Source: Camelus ferus (taxonomy: Eukaryota). Taken from it: 64,000 bases of DNA. The stretch lies in contig NC_045696.1 in assembly GCF_009834535.1 (NCBI RefSeq), forward strand, positions 55,740,001-55,804,000, written 5' to 3'. Position numbers and translations under genes: made by a program. Within the stretch, counting starts at the first letter, position 1; the number at the start of each line of letters is the position of its first letter. Positions 12,517 through 23,930 of this stretch are shown here, in pieces. The notes beneath the pieces are model-generated. The model did not search any database. It worked only from the letters and a program-made list of their open reading frames with translations, and had not been told where the DNA came from.

Positions 12517-13184
12517 ACTTGGAGAAAAGCACTAACCTTGGATACCACTGATCTGTCATTGTCACTTCCATTCTTAAAAAAAAAAACGTAGAAGGAAAGG
12601 ATTAGCTTGCATGCACTTGAAGATGACTGGGGTAGTGAGTAGAAAGCCACTCATCTCTTACGGAATAGCATAGGCCATAAAATGTCCTTTTCCTAAAGAG
12701 ATATAAGGCTAGCTCATCTCAGGAAAGTTGAGGCTCCAACCTTAAATTGGTGCCTGTGTGCTCCAGTGGGGGTAGGGGTGGGAGGGGCAGTCTCCGGCCC
12801 TGCCCTAGCTGAGTGAGGCTACTTCTGTGGCTGACCAAAGACATAGGCAGTTTCTGGGGGCAAATATCCACTGCTGTTTCTCTGGCCCACAGTGAGTGCT
12901 CAATATGTTTGTTTTGTGAATGAATGAATGAATGAATGAATGATCTGTCTCTGAAAAGTACAAGAGATGTAGGCAACCTTCTGAAGCCCATGTGCCCTCT
13001 GGCTGGTCTGGCCAGGAGAGTTGTCAGATCCCCGTGTGCAGCCTCTGCTCCAGACCCCACCATGCCCAAGAACAGCCCCTGACAGGAGGTCAGGAATGGA
13101 GAGGCTGTGGATGGGGGATCCGGCTGGTCTGGGGGCACACGCTGCCTCTCAAGAGAGCTGTGAGCGCTTCGCTTCTTGTTACAG

Positions 13185-13383
13185 AAAACCGGCCCGTCAT
13201 GAAGAGCCTGACCTTGCCAGCCCTCTCCCTGCCCATGAAGTTGGTGAGTCTGGAGGAAGCTCAGGCCCGGAGCCTGGCTACTAACCATCCGGCTCGGAAG
13301 GAAAGGAGGGAGAATAGCCTGCCTGAGATTGTCCCTCCCATGGGCACCCTCTTCCACACTGTCCTTGAGTTACCGGACAACAA
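13185..13383 (+). CDS. ARHGAP31: ARHGAP31 coding exon (~exon 7)
   Basis: ttacag|AAAAC...ACAA|gtgagt, 199 nt. NRPVMKSLTLPALSLPMKLVSLEEAQARSLATNHPARKERRENSLPEIVPPMGTLFHTVLELPDN(K). Confidence 0.96.
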
Positions 13384-13539
13384 GTGAGTGGACTTCTTTC
13401 AACTTCTGGGAGATGTTTGGGTGGAGGGGGACTGAGGAGGGAGTGATAGAGTCTCCAGGCTTTGATGGCTGCATGGGTTGGGGATGTGGTCCGGGTTGGG
13501 GTGTAAGGAAGCTTTCCAGAAGGGGAGGGAGCTGCCTCC

Positions 13540-14240
13540 ACGACTTTCACCGGCGGCGACGCCTTCACTCGCTGCCCCAAAGTCATCAAGACCTTGACCT
13601 CCCACCAGAAATCTCCTGTACCGTGGTGGGGGTGGGGCTCATAGGTGCCAAGAATCATAAATCCCTGACTCCTTAGTTTAGACAAAATAGGCTTGAAATT
13701 TTCAAAAGGAAGTTTGCTAAAAACAAAAACTTGACCCCCTCCTCCCACCCTTCACCTCCGCGGGACGTTACAAAAGGCATAGAGAGGAACGGAGGACAGG
13801 CTGGCAGAGAGCGCCACTCTGGACCGAGAGCTGTGGGAACGCGGCACTTGGGGACGTGCATCCCGCTTCCGTTCCTCCTCTCTCGCCGGTCAGAGCCCTC
13901 CCTCCCCTCCCAAAACAAACCAAACACCATTTTCATTCATATCTTTCCTCATTTCTCCTGCTCACTGCTGTTGTAACCCTGGTCTCCACACAGCCCTCCT
14001 CCCACCACCCCCTCACGCCCCGCTGTAAAAAGGGGGCGGTGATTGAGGCTGACAGTAGGTGGAGGTGCGGAAAGGCAGGCTTTTCATTGGAGAGCGTCAT
14101 CCTGGCTGTTTGGTCAGTGAAAGGAGGTATAAAAACCTCAGACCTCTTGGCAGTGTCTTCCCCACGATGGGGTGGCTGTTTCCCTTTTTGGGGAGCAGAG
14201 AACGCTGCCACCTTGGGGCGCCTGTCACACTGCGTGCTCT
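13540..14240 (+). promoter_or_regulatory. CpG-enriched intronic region with GC box, inverted CCAAT and TATA box (candidate promoter/enhancer)
   Basis: Locally frequent CpGs; GGGGGCGG at 14032-14039, ATTGG at 14086-14090, TATAAAA at 14128-14134. Confidence 0.35.
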
Positions 14241-15419
14241 GGGAGGGGCACCTGGAAGTCACCTGCTGAGAAAGCCCTCCGTTTCCTGGAGAGCACTGGT
14301 GGTGCTCTCTTGAGACTAAGTCCCACTGCTCCTCCCCCTAAGTTTCTGGGGAATAAGACTTCCACCCCTTGGTCAGGGGGAAGAGAACCTTGGAAAGACC
14401 ATCAAGTGCACTTTCTCTGTGCCTTAAACACCTGGGGTGTGCCATACCTTGGGGTGGGCCATACCTCATGGTATGCCATCCTATAAAATCCATCCCGAGG
14501 CCAAGTGCTTGAAAACACCAGCCGAGATCCAAAAGAGCCCGCTAAGCACTGCAGATCTCTCTCTGATTGATCATTAAAAACGTGCTGAACTCGAGATCTG
14601 GATGTTCTTTGAGAACCCTGCAGAGAAAAGGCCCTTTGTGGAACCCATAGGGTGCTGGGTTCATCCTGGAACTTTATGGAGTCTGATGGCTGGGCGAGCC
14701 AGAGCGTGGCAAGGCCTCTATGGTGACTCCTGGTGGCACCAGGCTCTGGGCTGAGTCTGGCATTCAACTTTCCCTGCCACTTACTGGAGCAGCCTGGTGG
14801 CATCAGGGAAGTGAGAGACAGAGCCAGAGATACAGTGACTACCCTCTGCCTTTCTCTGAGATGACTGCTGACAACGCCCCAGCAGCCCACAGCCCTTCCA
14901 GGCCAGGCTCTGTTCCAAGTGGCTTTCTCATCCATCCCCTTTCCAGTCCACTAAAGTTTTCACCAGCCCCCTCAGCTGTGGATGTCCCAGCAGTGTGGCC
15001 TCAGTGCAGGGAGCATAATGGGACTGGGGTTTATGATCTTTGGTGTTTATTCCTGTAAGAAATGCCTGTCTTTGAAAATGCTTTTAAAATGCTTACCTGA
15101 ATTACTACCAGAATTCCCATAACTGTGGTTGCTATGACCTCTGAGTCTCCCACCAGCCCCTGCCTTTAATAGCACATCTTTGCCTCTTCCTGTGGGGAAA
15201 GTGGTCCTTCACTCTGACTCACGAAAACCCAGCTCTGTCATCAAGGGCATCCCCAGACAGGGTGAGAGTTGGGCTCAACTTGGATTTTAGAGAGCAATTT
15301 CCTGACATGTCAGAGCCATTCATAACTAAGAACATGATTGGGGCATTCCTTCTCAATTTAAAGGGCCCATTGAAATGGCAGGTTACCAAAATAACCCCTT
15401 TGTGGCTTGGCTCTTTTAG

Positions 15420-15544
15420 AAGAAAGCTCTCCAGTAAATCAAAGAAGTGGAAGTCAATATTTAACCTGGGACGTTCTGGATCAGACTCCAAATCAAAGCT
15501 GAGTAGAAATGGGAGTGTGTTTGTGAGAGGACAGAGGCTCTCAG
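15420..15544 (+). CDS. ARHGAP31: ARHGAP31 coding exon (~exon 8), basic region
   Basis: ttttag|AAGA...TCAG|gtaaga, 125 nt. RKLSSKSKKWKSIFNLGRSGSDSKSKLSRNGSVFVRGQRLS. Confidence 0.96.
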
Positions 15545-15669
15545 GTAAGAATCAACAGCAACTGTGTTTATAAGAGATCTATATTTTTTCAGTTCTGTTT
15601 CTTAAGTCTTCAGTTTGATCACATCAAACTGACTAACCCTGAGAGACTTATAAATTAACTAGAGAGTCT

Positions 15670-16862
15670 TTTTGTTTTTTAAAAATAAATTTAGATTTAC
15701 AAAAAGTTTGCAGAGAATCCATATACCCTCACATAGCTTCCCCAAATGAAAACATATTAGATAACTGTAACAGAATAATCAAAATCAGAAAATTAATATC
15801 AACATAATGCTATTAAATAATTTATAGGCCTTACTCACATTTGACCAATTGTTCCACTAAAGTCCTTTTTCTGGTCCAGGATCCAGTCCAAGAAGCCACA
15901 TTACGTTTAGATGTCATGCCTCCTTAATGCTCCAACCTAGGACAGTCCCTCAATCTTTCTGACCTTGACACTTTAGGAGAGTTTGGCCATTCATTTTGCA
16001 GAATACACCTCGTTTTGGGATTGTCCAATATTTCCTCAGGGGTAGATTGAAGTTATGAACGCTGTGCCTGTCTCAGTGTGTCATATCAGGGGGCACGTAA
16101 GGTCATATTTTATTGTAGGTGAGGTGAAGTTTGATCACTTGGTTAAAGCTATTTACAAGATATGTCCCTGTAAAGCTACTATTTTTTCCTTTGCAGTTAA
16201 TAAGTATCTTGTGGGAGATATTTTCAGACCGCAAATATCTTTTTCTCATCATACTTTGATCCATGAATTTTAACATCCATCAATGGTTCTTGCCTGCAAC
16301 AGTTATTACTGTGGTGTTTGCCAAACAGTCATTTTCTATTTCCATCATGCCTTCTGCACTTATTAATTGAACTCTACTGTAAAGATTTGTTCCTTTCCCC
16401 CGAGGGTCATGGATGCTGCCCTATAGGAATTATATCTGAGTAGGAAATAGGAATTGAGGCAGGAGGGACTGAAGGAACCACTGTATAATGGGGAATATAA
16501 TGAATCCAGCTAAATATTGTCAGAAAGGGAAAGACAAAGAAATATTCTACAACGACCTTTAGTGTTAGAGATTAAAAGCATGATTTTTTAAAAAATGAGG
16601 GTGATAGTTATAAAAGCAAGTAGTAAACTGTACAGATGCCATGAGCAAAACTTGACTGAATCCTAGTTGAAAAAAAAGGACTATAAAAGATGATACCGGG
16701 GACTAATAGATTCCATTTTAGATGATATTAAAGAATAGTACATTTTTATAGCGTGCTGGTGGTTCTTAGGACACATGCTAAAATTGAGGTATTTAAGGAT
16801 GAAGTGTCAGAATATTGAAACTCACTTTCAAATGATTCAGAAAAATATAGGTACATAGGTAG

Positions 16863-16911
<49 letters not shown>

Positions 16912-17030
16912 TAACACACACACACATATATATATAGAGAGAGAGAGAAACAGATAAAGCAAACGTGTGGCAAAATGTCAACCTAGGTGGTAGGTTTAAA
17001 GGTCTTCAACTTTTCTGAATGTTTGAAATT
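15670..17030. mobile_element. Old L1M fragments (minus strand ~15670-16395, plus strand ~16420-17030)
   Basis: CTTTTTCTGGTCCAGGATCCAGTCCAAG and GTTTGATCACTTGGTTAA motifs; GATAAAGCAAACGTGTGGCAAAATG...CTTCAACTTTTCTGAATGTTTGAAATT resembles an L1MC/ME 3' end. Confidence 0.55.
16862..16949. repeat. Compound (AT)n(AC)16...(AT)n(AG)n microsatellite
   Basis: Directly visible. Confidence 0.9.
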
Positions 17031-17033
17031 CTT

Positions 17034-17162
17034 TTTTGGGGGGGCGGGTAATTAGGTTTGTTTGTTTGTTTGCTTACTTACTTAAATGGAGGCACTGGGG
17101 ATTGAACCCACACCCTCTTACATGCTAAGCAAGCACTCTGCCACTGAGCTATATACCCTCCC
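17034..17162 (-). mobile_element. tRNA-derived SINE, Vic-1-like (camelid)
   Basis: The minus strand reads GGGAGGGTATATAGCTCAGTGGCAGAGTGC...GGGTTCAATCCCCAGT (A and B boxes), then AAACCTAATTACC and an A tail. TSD TGAAATTCTT at 17024-17033 and 17166-17175. Confidence 0.85.
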
Positions 17163-18466
17163 TGCTGAAATTCTTGATAATAAAGATTTGAGGGAAAAAA
17201 CTAATGCCTATAGGTAAAAATGGGAGAGAATATGTTTTAAGGACCTTCCTCGACCCCAGTGATAATTGTATGTCATGGCTTATAAGGCACAGGTGTTAGA
17301 AATCACATTTGCCTATTGGAGTAATGAGCGATGTTGTGGGGTATAGCAGTTACAATGACTTAGGCTGTAGATAATAGCAAATCCAACTCAATTGGCTTAT
17401 GCAATGAGGGGATCTATTGGGACACCCAGATGTAGTGAAGGCTTCAGGGATGGCTTAATACTGGGGCTCTGTCTCCATTTCTCCGTGTTTTCTTAAGCTC
17501 TGCCTTCCAGTGTGGGTCAGCTTTCTCCGTAGACTAGTTTCCTTTGCTGAGAAGTGTCTATAGTAGTTCTAGGCTTTCCCTTTGACTCTCACTGTGTCCA
17601 GTAAGAGAACATCATTCCTGGTAGCTTGCTCCTAAGTACAGGGACCCTTCCTTCCTACAGACCCCCATTAAGTGTCTCTCCTCTCCCCCTGCCAAACAGT
17701 AGCCTTCACTGAGTCACACAGATCAGTCCCTGTGACCAAGGGAGTACCCTGTGCTTACTGGCTTAGGCCTGGGTTCCTGAGCCAACCACCGCCCTGAGGA
17801 ATGGGCTCACAGTCAGATGCACCCAGGAAGCACAAGGGCTCTGTGAGAAGGGGGAAGGGAAATGGATTCTGGATGGGCATCTACAAATTCCATTATATGG
17901 GAAAAAATGCCTTTCACGAAATGGAAAGATAGCCTAGGTGAAGAGGGCAGGTTGCTCCAAGTATGGCAGATCAGATACAAATCAGAAATTAGGATTCTCG
18001 AAGGAGAATTCAAGGGGTGAAGTACCTGGGAAGAAACTCCTGATCTAACAATAGATTTGCTGAAGCACAGCAGAGGGAACTTCAGTTACAGAATCAGTAA
18101 CACAGACAAAGAGGTTCACCAAGTAATGAAAAGTTAAAACAATAGAACAAAGCAATCAAGTAAAAATAGAATCAATGATCTGCTTTGATCTGGACTTAGG
18201 AGGAGTTCCGCCCCACTATGTGGTTTTCAAAAGGAAGAAGCTCAAGGTGCTGGACCACATGGTAGGAAACTCACAGAAGGCACAGGATGTCCCAGGCCAG
18301 GGCTCCTCAGCTCGGCTGCACCTCAGAATCCCCCAGCGTGTGGTTCCCACCCACAGCAACCTTGCCTCGGGAGTTCTGTGGTCAAGTCAGAGTGTTGGTC
18401 ACTTTTTAAAAAGCTTCCCAGGTGATTCTGATATGCATCTGGGGTTGAAAGCCACTGGTCTATTAT

Positions 18467-18645
18467 TTCTCTCTTTTTTTTAAGTTTTTCTTAAACTGAT
18501 ACATGTACTTTCTTTCTTTCTTTCTTTTTTTGAGAGGTGTTGGAGGTAATTAGGTTTATTTATTTTTAGAGGAGGTAGTGGGGATTGAACCCAGGACCTC
18601 GTGCATGTTAAGCATACACTCTACCACTTGAGCTATACCCTCCCC
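18467..18645 (-). mobile_element. tRNA-derived SINE, Vic-1-like, with extended tail
   Basis: The minus strand reads GGGGAGGGTATAGCTCAAGTGGTAGAG...CCTGGGTTCAATCCCC...AAACCTAATTACC. Probable TSD TGGTCTA(T/A)TAT at 18456-18466 and 18647-18657. Confidence 0.85.
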
Positions 18646-19203
18646 GTGGTCTAATATCCCTTGACCAAACTAATCAGAGATAGATTATCAAACTGGCTAA
18701 ATTCTGATGGGATGCAAGGGTGAAATTAAAGAGCCATCAGTGTCAATATAAGTGACTCTCTGTGACCTTGGGCCCTCTCAGCTGTTGTACCAAATTCCTG
18801 GGTGCTGTGACATGTGGCTGCAGCCAAGAATCCTGCTTTCTGGCCTGTCAAATAGGAGGAGTTGCTGGAGCCCCATGGATGAATCTTTTCTGTACACAAA
18901 GTTGGGCTCAGGACTCCTCATTTGCTAACAGCTATTTGACAAACTGTAATTTGTAATTACCTTTATCTGTACAATGTTAATAAAACTTTGATCTATAAAT
19001 GCCCTATTTTTATAAGATCAGTCCCATCAAGAAAGTAGGAACATCTAAGGTGGAGTGGGGAATATTTTCCAAAGGGGAAAATTATGAATACTTGAAAAAC
19101 TTTCCTAAAGAAATTTCTCTTTTGTATGTACAGCCTGACCTATTGTTCTGAACACTCCCTCTCAACATGCATTCATCAGGGATATTTTTTCTTTTGTCTT
19201 TAG

Positions 19204-19266
19204 TGGAAAAGGCTACTATCCGACCAGCTAAAAGCATGGACTCACTGTGCTCAGTGCCCGTGGAAG
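19204..19266 (+). CDS. ARHGAP31: ARHGAP31 coding exon (~exon 9)
   Basis: ttttag-type acceptor|TGGAA...GAAG|gtgag, 63 nt. (V)EKATIRPAKSMDSLCSVPVE(G). Confidence 0.96.
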
Positions 19267-21128
19267 GTGAGATTTCACAGTTGGATCCGCAGCTGGGGAT
19301 TACAGGCGGGAGAGTGGTACTCCCACACCAGACCTGCCTTCAGACACTGCCGAACCTGCTCATCTCCAGGCAGGATCACACACACTCCCCCGGACTCAAA
19401 TCGCTCCCTGACCCTTCCCAAATCAAGGGGCTCACATAGCCCTTGCAGTAACCTTCCTACTCCACCAAGCCTCTTTCTCCAGCCTTTCTGCATCCACAGC
19501 TGGAGACAGCAGCCTCTTTACATTCAAGCCTGAGCCAGGTGAAAGGTCCACACTTGAAAACAAAGGTGGACGAGGGTCCCCTGGGGCATAAAGAAGAGGT
19601 TCGGATTTAGGTGTTTCCATAGGCATGAGCTTCATCATATTTTTCAAGTCATGATTTTGAGTTGGTAGATTCATTCATTCCTTCATTCATCTGTAAACAC
19701 TGATGGGCACCAACCTGGCACGTAGCTGGTTATCGCTTGTTGGAGTAGATGTGCGTGCCAGGTGACACCCATCACCAAGGTGGCACCTCACCATGTTGGT
19801 TCTTACGGCTCCAGCCTTCAGGGCTGACTTGCCTGTAGCTCTCGCTTCTGTTTTTGTTAAGCAGCCAACCAGCACTGCTACAAGCTACAAGACACAGGGC
19901 TTCCCTAACAGCAGACTAGTTAAACTCCCCTACAGTTATCCCATGACTTTCCAATCCCTTTAATACAAGATATTTTTCTCTTTGATAAATGAGGCAGCCT
20001 GAAACTACAGAAAGTCTTTAGAACAACTTTCCACAAAGAATTGTAAGCTTATAAGATATTCAGTGAGGTGTTTTTTTTTTTTTTTTCTTTAAGCTGAATC
20101 AATCCTTTTAGCATTTTTTCACTTTTATATTCATCCATTTGCTTGGTTTTGAAACCTCTTAGGTGCAATTCTTGCTCAGTTTGGCAGGATTTACTATTTC
20201 AAAAGCTAGGTCACCGCTTCTGTGGGTGCTGGGCAGGTTAGCTAAACCTCTCTGAGTCTGCTTCTTCGTGTGTGAAGAGAGGTGATAATACTCCCCCTAC
20301 AGAGTGGTCCTAAGAATTTTAAACCTAGTGTGACCTAAGATGTAGCACTTGGTGCCCAGCTGGGAATTATTTCCCAGATCCCTGGCAGTTCAGTTGTCAT
20401 CTCCCAGCTTGTTTATTTCCCATACAGATTTTTCTCTTCTTTGCCTTCACTTTTAAGTCAGTCAGGAACTCACTCCTCACAACTGTGCTTTCTAACATGT
20501 AATTAATTTATATTTCTGGTTTCTCGTCCTCTGAATCAGCAGGAGGAAGCCTGGGAATAGGCGGAAAAGTCTAGCTGAGGACTGCATTTGTTTCCTTGCA
20601 GGGAAATTAAACCTCTGTTTGGGTCCATCTGCCACAGAAGACTTAAAACAATAAGTTTAAAAAAAAAAAACCCAAAAACAATAAGTTTCAAGGTTTTAAA
20701 ATGAAACAAGTTTCTGTTATTTTGGCCTTTGAGTCGTCTCCTTTATTTTAAGCAAACATCATTCTACCATCTCCCATCCGTCTTTTCAGTTTTCATGACC
20801 TACATTTAATGCTTGGTGGATGGCTGCTCTGTTCAGCAGCCTTAGCAGTGGCTGTCTTTAGGAAACTGCTCTACCTGCAAAGTTTAAAAGAGATGCATAT
20901 GAGACAGCAGCAAGTGGTTCCATCAGTGCACTGCAAAAAATTCCGTGCACATAAGATACTTTCTCCTGTCAACAAATGTCATGCACCTGTCTTTATGAGG
21001 ATGGCTATGCCCTTATTAGCACATCATGCCTTTCCATTATTCAAATATTGTGTGCCTTCCCTTAAGGAAGGCTGTGCAGTGATGTGTGTGCCCAGGCTGC
21101 TGACCACATTTGTTTATTTTTTCACTAG

Positions 21129-21704
21129 GGAAAGAAGCCAAAGGAAATTTCAATCGAACAGTCACCACGGGTGGATTTTTCATTCCAGCAGTGAAAATGC
21201 ACACGGCTAGCACTGGCAGCTCATGTGACCTCAGCAAGCAGGAGGGTGAATGGAGCCAGGAGGGGATGCCAGCAGGGGCAGAGGGGGGCTTTGATGTGAG
21301 CAGTGACAGAAGCCAGCTCCAGGGCGCTCAGGCCCGGCCCCCACCCGAGCAGCTGAAGGTGTTCCGGCCCATCGAGGATCCTGAGAGTGAGCAGACAGCC
21401 CCGAAGATGCTGGGCATGTTCTACACCTCGAACGACAGCCCCAGCAAATCTGTCTTCACCAGCAGCCTCTTCCAGATGGAGCCCTCTCCCCGTCACCAGC
21501 GCAAGGCCCTGAACATCTCCAAGCCCTTTGCTGTGTCCGTGCCACTCCGTGTATCAGCTGTCATCAGCACCAACAGCACCCCGTGCAGAACACCCCCAAA
21601 GGAGCTACAGTCTCTTTCCAGCCTGGAAGAGTTTTCTTTCCAGGGCTCGGAGAGTGGAGGTTGGCCTGAAGAAGAGAAGCCACTGGGAGCTGAGACTTCT
21701 ACAG
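21129..21704 (+). CDS. ARHGAP31: ARHGAP31 coding exon (~exon 10)
   Basis: cactag|GGAAA...ACAG|gtaaaa, 576 nt. KEAKGNFNRTVTTGGFFIPA...WPEEEKPLGAETST. Confidence 0.96.
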
Positions 21705-21784
21705 GTAAAACAGAGGAGAGGGTCTTGTTCCATTGCAAGAGAGAAAAACCAGACTTACACTGGCTTAAACAGAGTTTGCAGGAC

Positions 21785-22070
21785 AATGTAGTAAAGTGGT
21801 TAAGACTGTGGGCTCTGGATGCAGGCTGCCCGGGTACAAGTCCAGGCTCAGCCATTTTGCTGTATAAGTGAACATAACCACTCTGTGCCTCAGCTTCTTG
21901 ATCTGTAAAATGGGAATAATGTTAAGGATCATACTTTGTTCGTAAGTCTCTTGTGAATTAGTCTTGTGAATAAATCTCTTGTTAAATTAGTTGATACAGG
22001 TAAAGCTCTCAGAACAGGGTCTAATATATAATAAGTAACCAATACATGTCACTTTACCTATTACTATTAT
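21785..22070. mobile_element. MIR SINE
   Basis: CTCTGTGCCTCAGCTTCTTGATCTGTAAAATGGGAATAAT is the MIR core. Confidence 0.7.
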
Positions 22071-23454
22071 TTTATTGACTCACACAGTAAGAAGGCAGGA
22101 GGGAATGCTCACAGAATGGAATGCAGAATTGGAATTAGTGATTCAGCTCTTCCAGACTCAACCTCTGTCCATCCACCCATCCCACATTTCTACCTCACAC
22201 GTGCAGAGAACATGGCTAGCAGCCCTAGCAGTGAGAAAGAGCATCTCCCTCCCAATTTCCTTATATCAAACACAAGGAGGACTCTGATTGGGCCTGCTTG
22301 GGTCACTTGCCCAGCCTTGAACCAATCACTGTTGCCAGGCTAATAGGGTTCTAAGACTGGCTGAGCTTGAGTCTCTGGGCCATCTCTGAAGTGAGAATCA
22401 ACAGCCAACTGTGAGCCACACAGAAGGGAAGTCACAAGAACCTCAAAGGAAAGGATGGCTGAGAGACAAACCAACACATTCTCATTGTGGTTTAAGAATA
22501 TTTCTATTTCAATTAGCTAACTTTTTTTGATCACCTACCATGGTGTCAGTCACTGTCCTAAGTGTTCTACATGTATTATCTCCTTTCTCTGCACAGCAGC
22601 CCCATGAGGTATGGGTGGTTACTGTTGTCCCTGTTTGCTTAGAGAGGAAGCTGTTAACTTGCCCAATGACTCATAGCAAGAAAGTGTAAAAGCCAGGATT
22701 TTAATCCAGATTTTTAAAAATCCATGCTTTTAAGCACTCCTCCCTGTTCCCTCCTGTTTGCTGTGGGCTGTGGAGTTACAAAGATTGTTAAGACACAATC
22801 CCTTCCCTCAGCAAGATCACAAACTAGGAAGGGAAACTGAAACTCTGCACCCACCTGCAGCCCAGGGGCAGCCCGTGGGAGTAGTCTCACACTGCCCTTG
22901 GGCTTTCTGAATGAGGGAGAGCACAGGCACCCAAAGTATCATGAAAGGGTTGTTCAGAAAGGACTTCAAGGGCGTCAAACAGAAGCAGCCTCTCCTTCCT
23001 GGAGGATTCCAGAAGGCTTCTCTGAAGAGGTGACATTTGGGCCTTCATAAATGGATAGGATTTCTTAATGCAGACGGTGGAAAAGGGCATGCTGAGCTGA
23101 GAGACTGAGTACTGTGGGAAGTGTGTAGGTTTGGGACTTCAGCTGGCCAGATTCAGATCTTAGCTTTCCCGCTGCTGGCAGGGTGACAGCTGCTTGATAT
23201 CTCTGAGCCTGTTTCTCTTCTGCAAAGCAGAGATGGCTCCTATCTCAAGGGCTGGGGTGAGGTCTGCATGGGAAAATGTCTATGAAATGTACCCAAAGAG
23301 ATACTAGGAGTTGCCTCATTTTTTTTTGAAGAATTTACAAAAGAATTATTTTGAATAGTTATACTTTAGTGTGTCTGAAATTTGAGTCTTTCTACAAAAA
23401 TTTGTTTTGACTTATTATTTTTTTAATCAGGAGCAAGCCTGTCTTAAAAAACCC

Positions 23455-23930
23455 ATGATTCTGTTAGTTAAGGTACAGCCAAGCTGCTGTAACATAGAGA
23501 ATCAAAAACACAGTGGCTCAAACAAGATAGAAATTGATTTCTGCCTTACATACCAGCCCAGAGATAGGTGGCTGTGCTCTGGGGGATCCTCTGTGGTCCC
23601 AGGGTCCTTCAGCCATCTCCGTGCTGTGCCCATCTACATGGTCAAAATGGGCTCAACACCCCCCCACCACCATATTCCCACCTGTGGGAAGGGGATCAGG
23701 GGAGGCAGCCAAGTAGCTTCCACTTAAGGATGGACCCAGAAGTTGCACCCATCACTTCCATCTCCATTCCATTTTCCAAAACTTACATGGCCACACTGAC
23801 TTTACTCAGGGAGGCTGAGAGACAGCACTGGCTGGATGGCCAGGTACCTAGCTAACCTTAAAGGATGCGAAAGGATCTGTTCCTAAGTGAAGAAGAGACT
23901 GGAACTAGGGGACATTAGCAGTCTCTGCCT
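23455..23930. mobile_element. MLT1-like (ERVL-MaLR) LTR, approximate
   Basis: AGCTGCTGTAACA...CAGTGGCTCAAACAAGATAGAAATTGATTTCT...CCAGAAGTTGCACCCATCACTTCC resembles MLT1 LTRs. Confidence 0.5.

Noticed and set aside
12719..13748. Antisense ORFs of 212 aa and 155 aa overlapping ARHGAP31 exon 7
   Set aside because: No recognisable protein features; expected by chance opposite GC-rich coding sequence, and one crosses a (TGAA)n repeat.
17060..18645. tRNA-like A/B-box sequences as tRNA genes
   Set aside because: They carry SINE-specific 3' sequence, A tails and TSDs, so they are SINEs.
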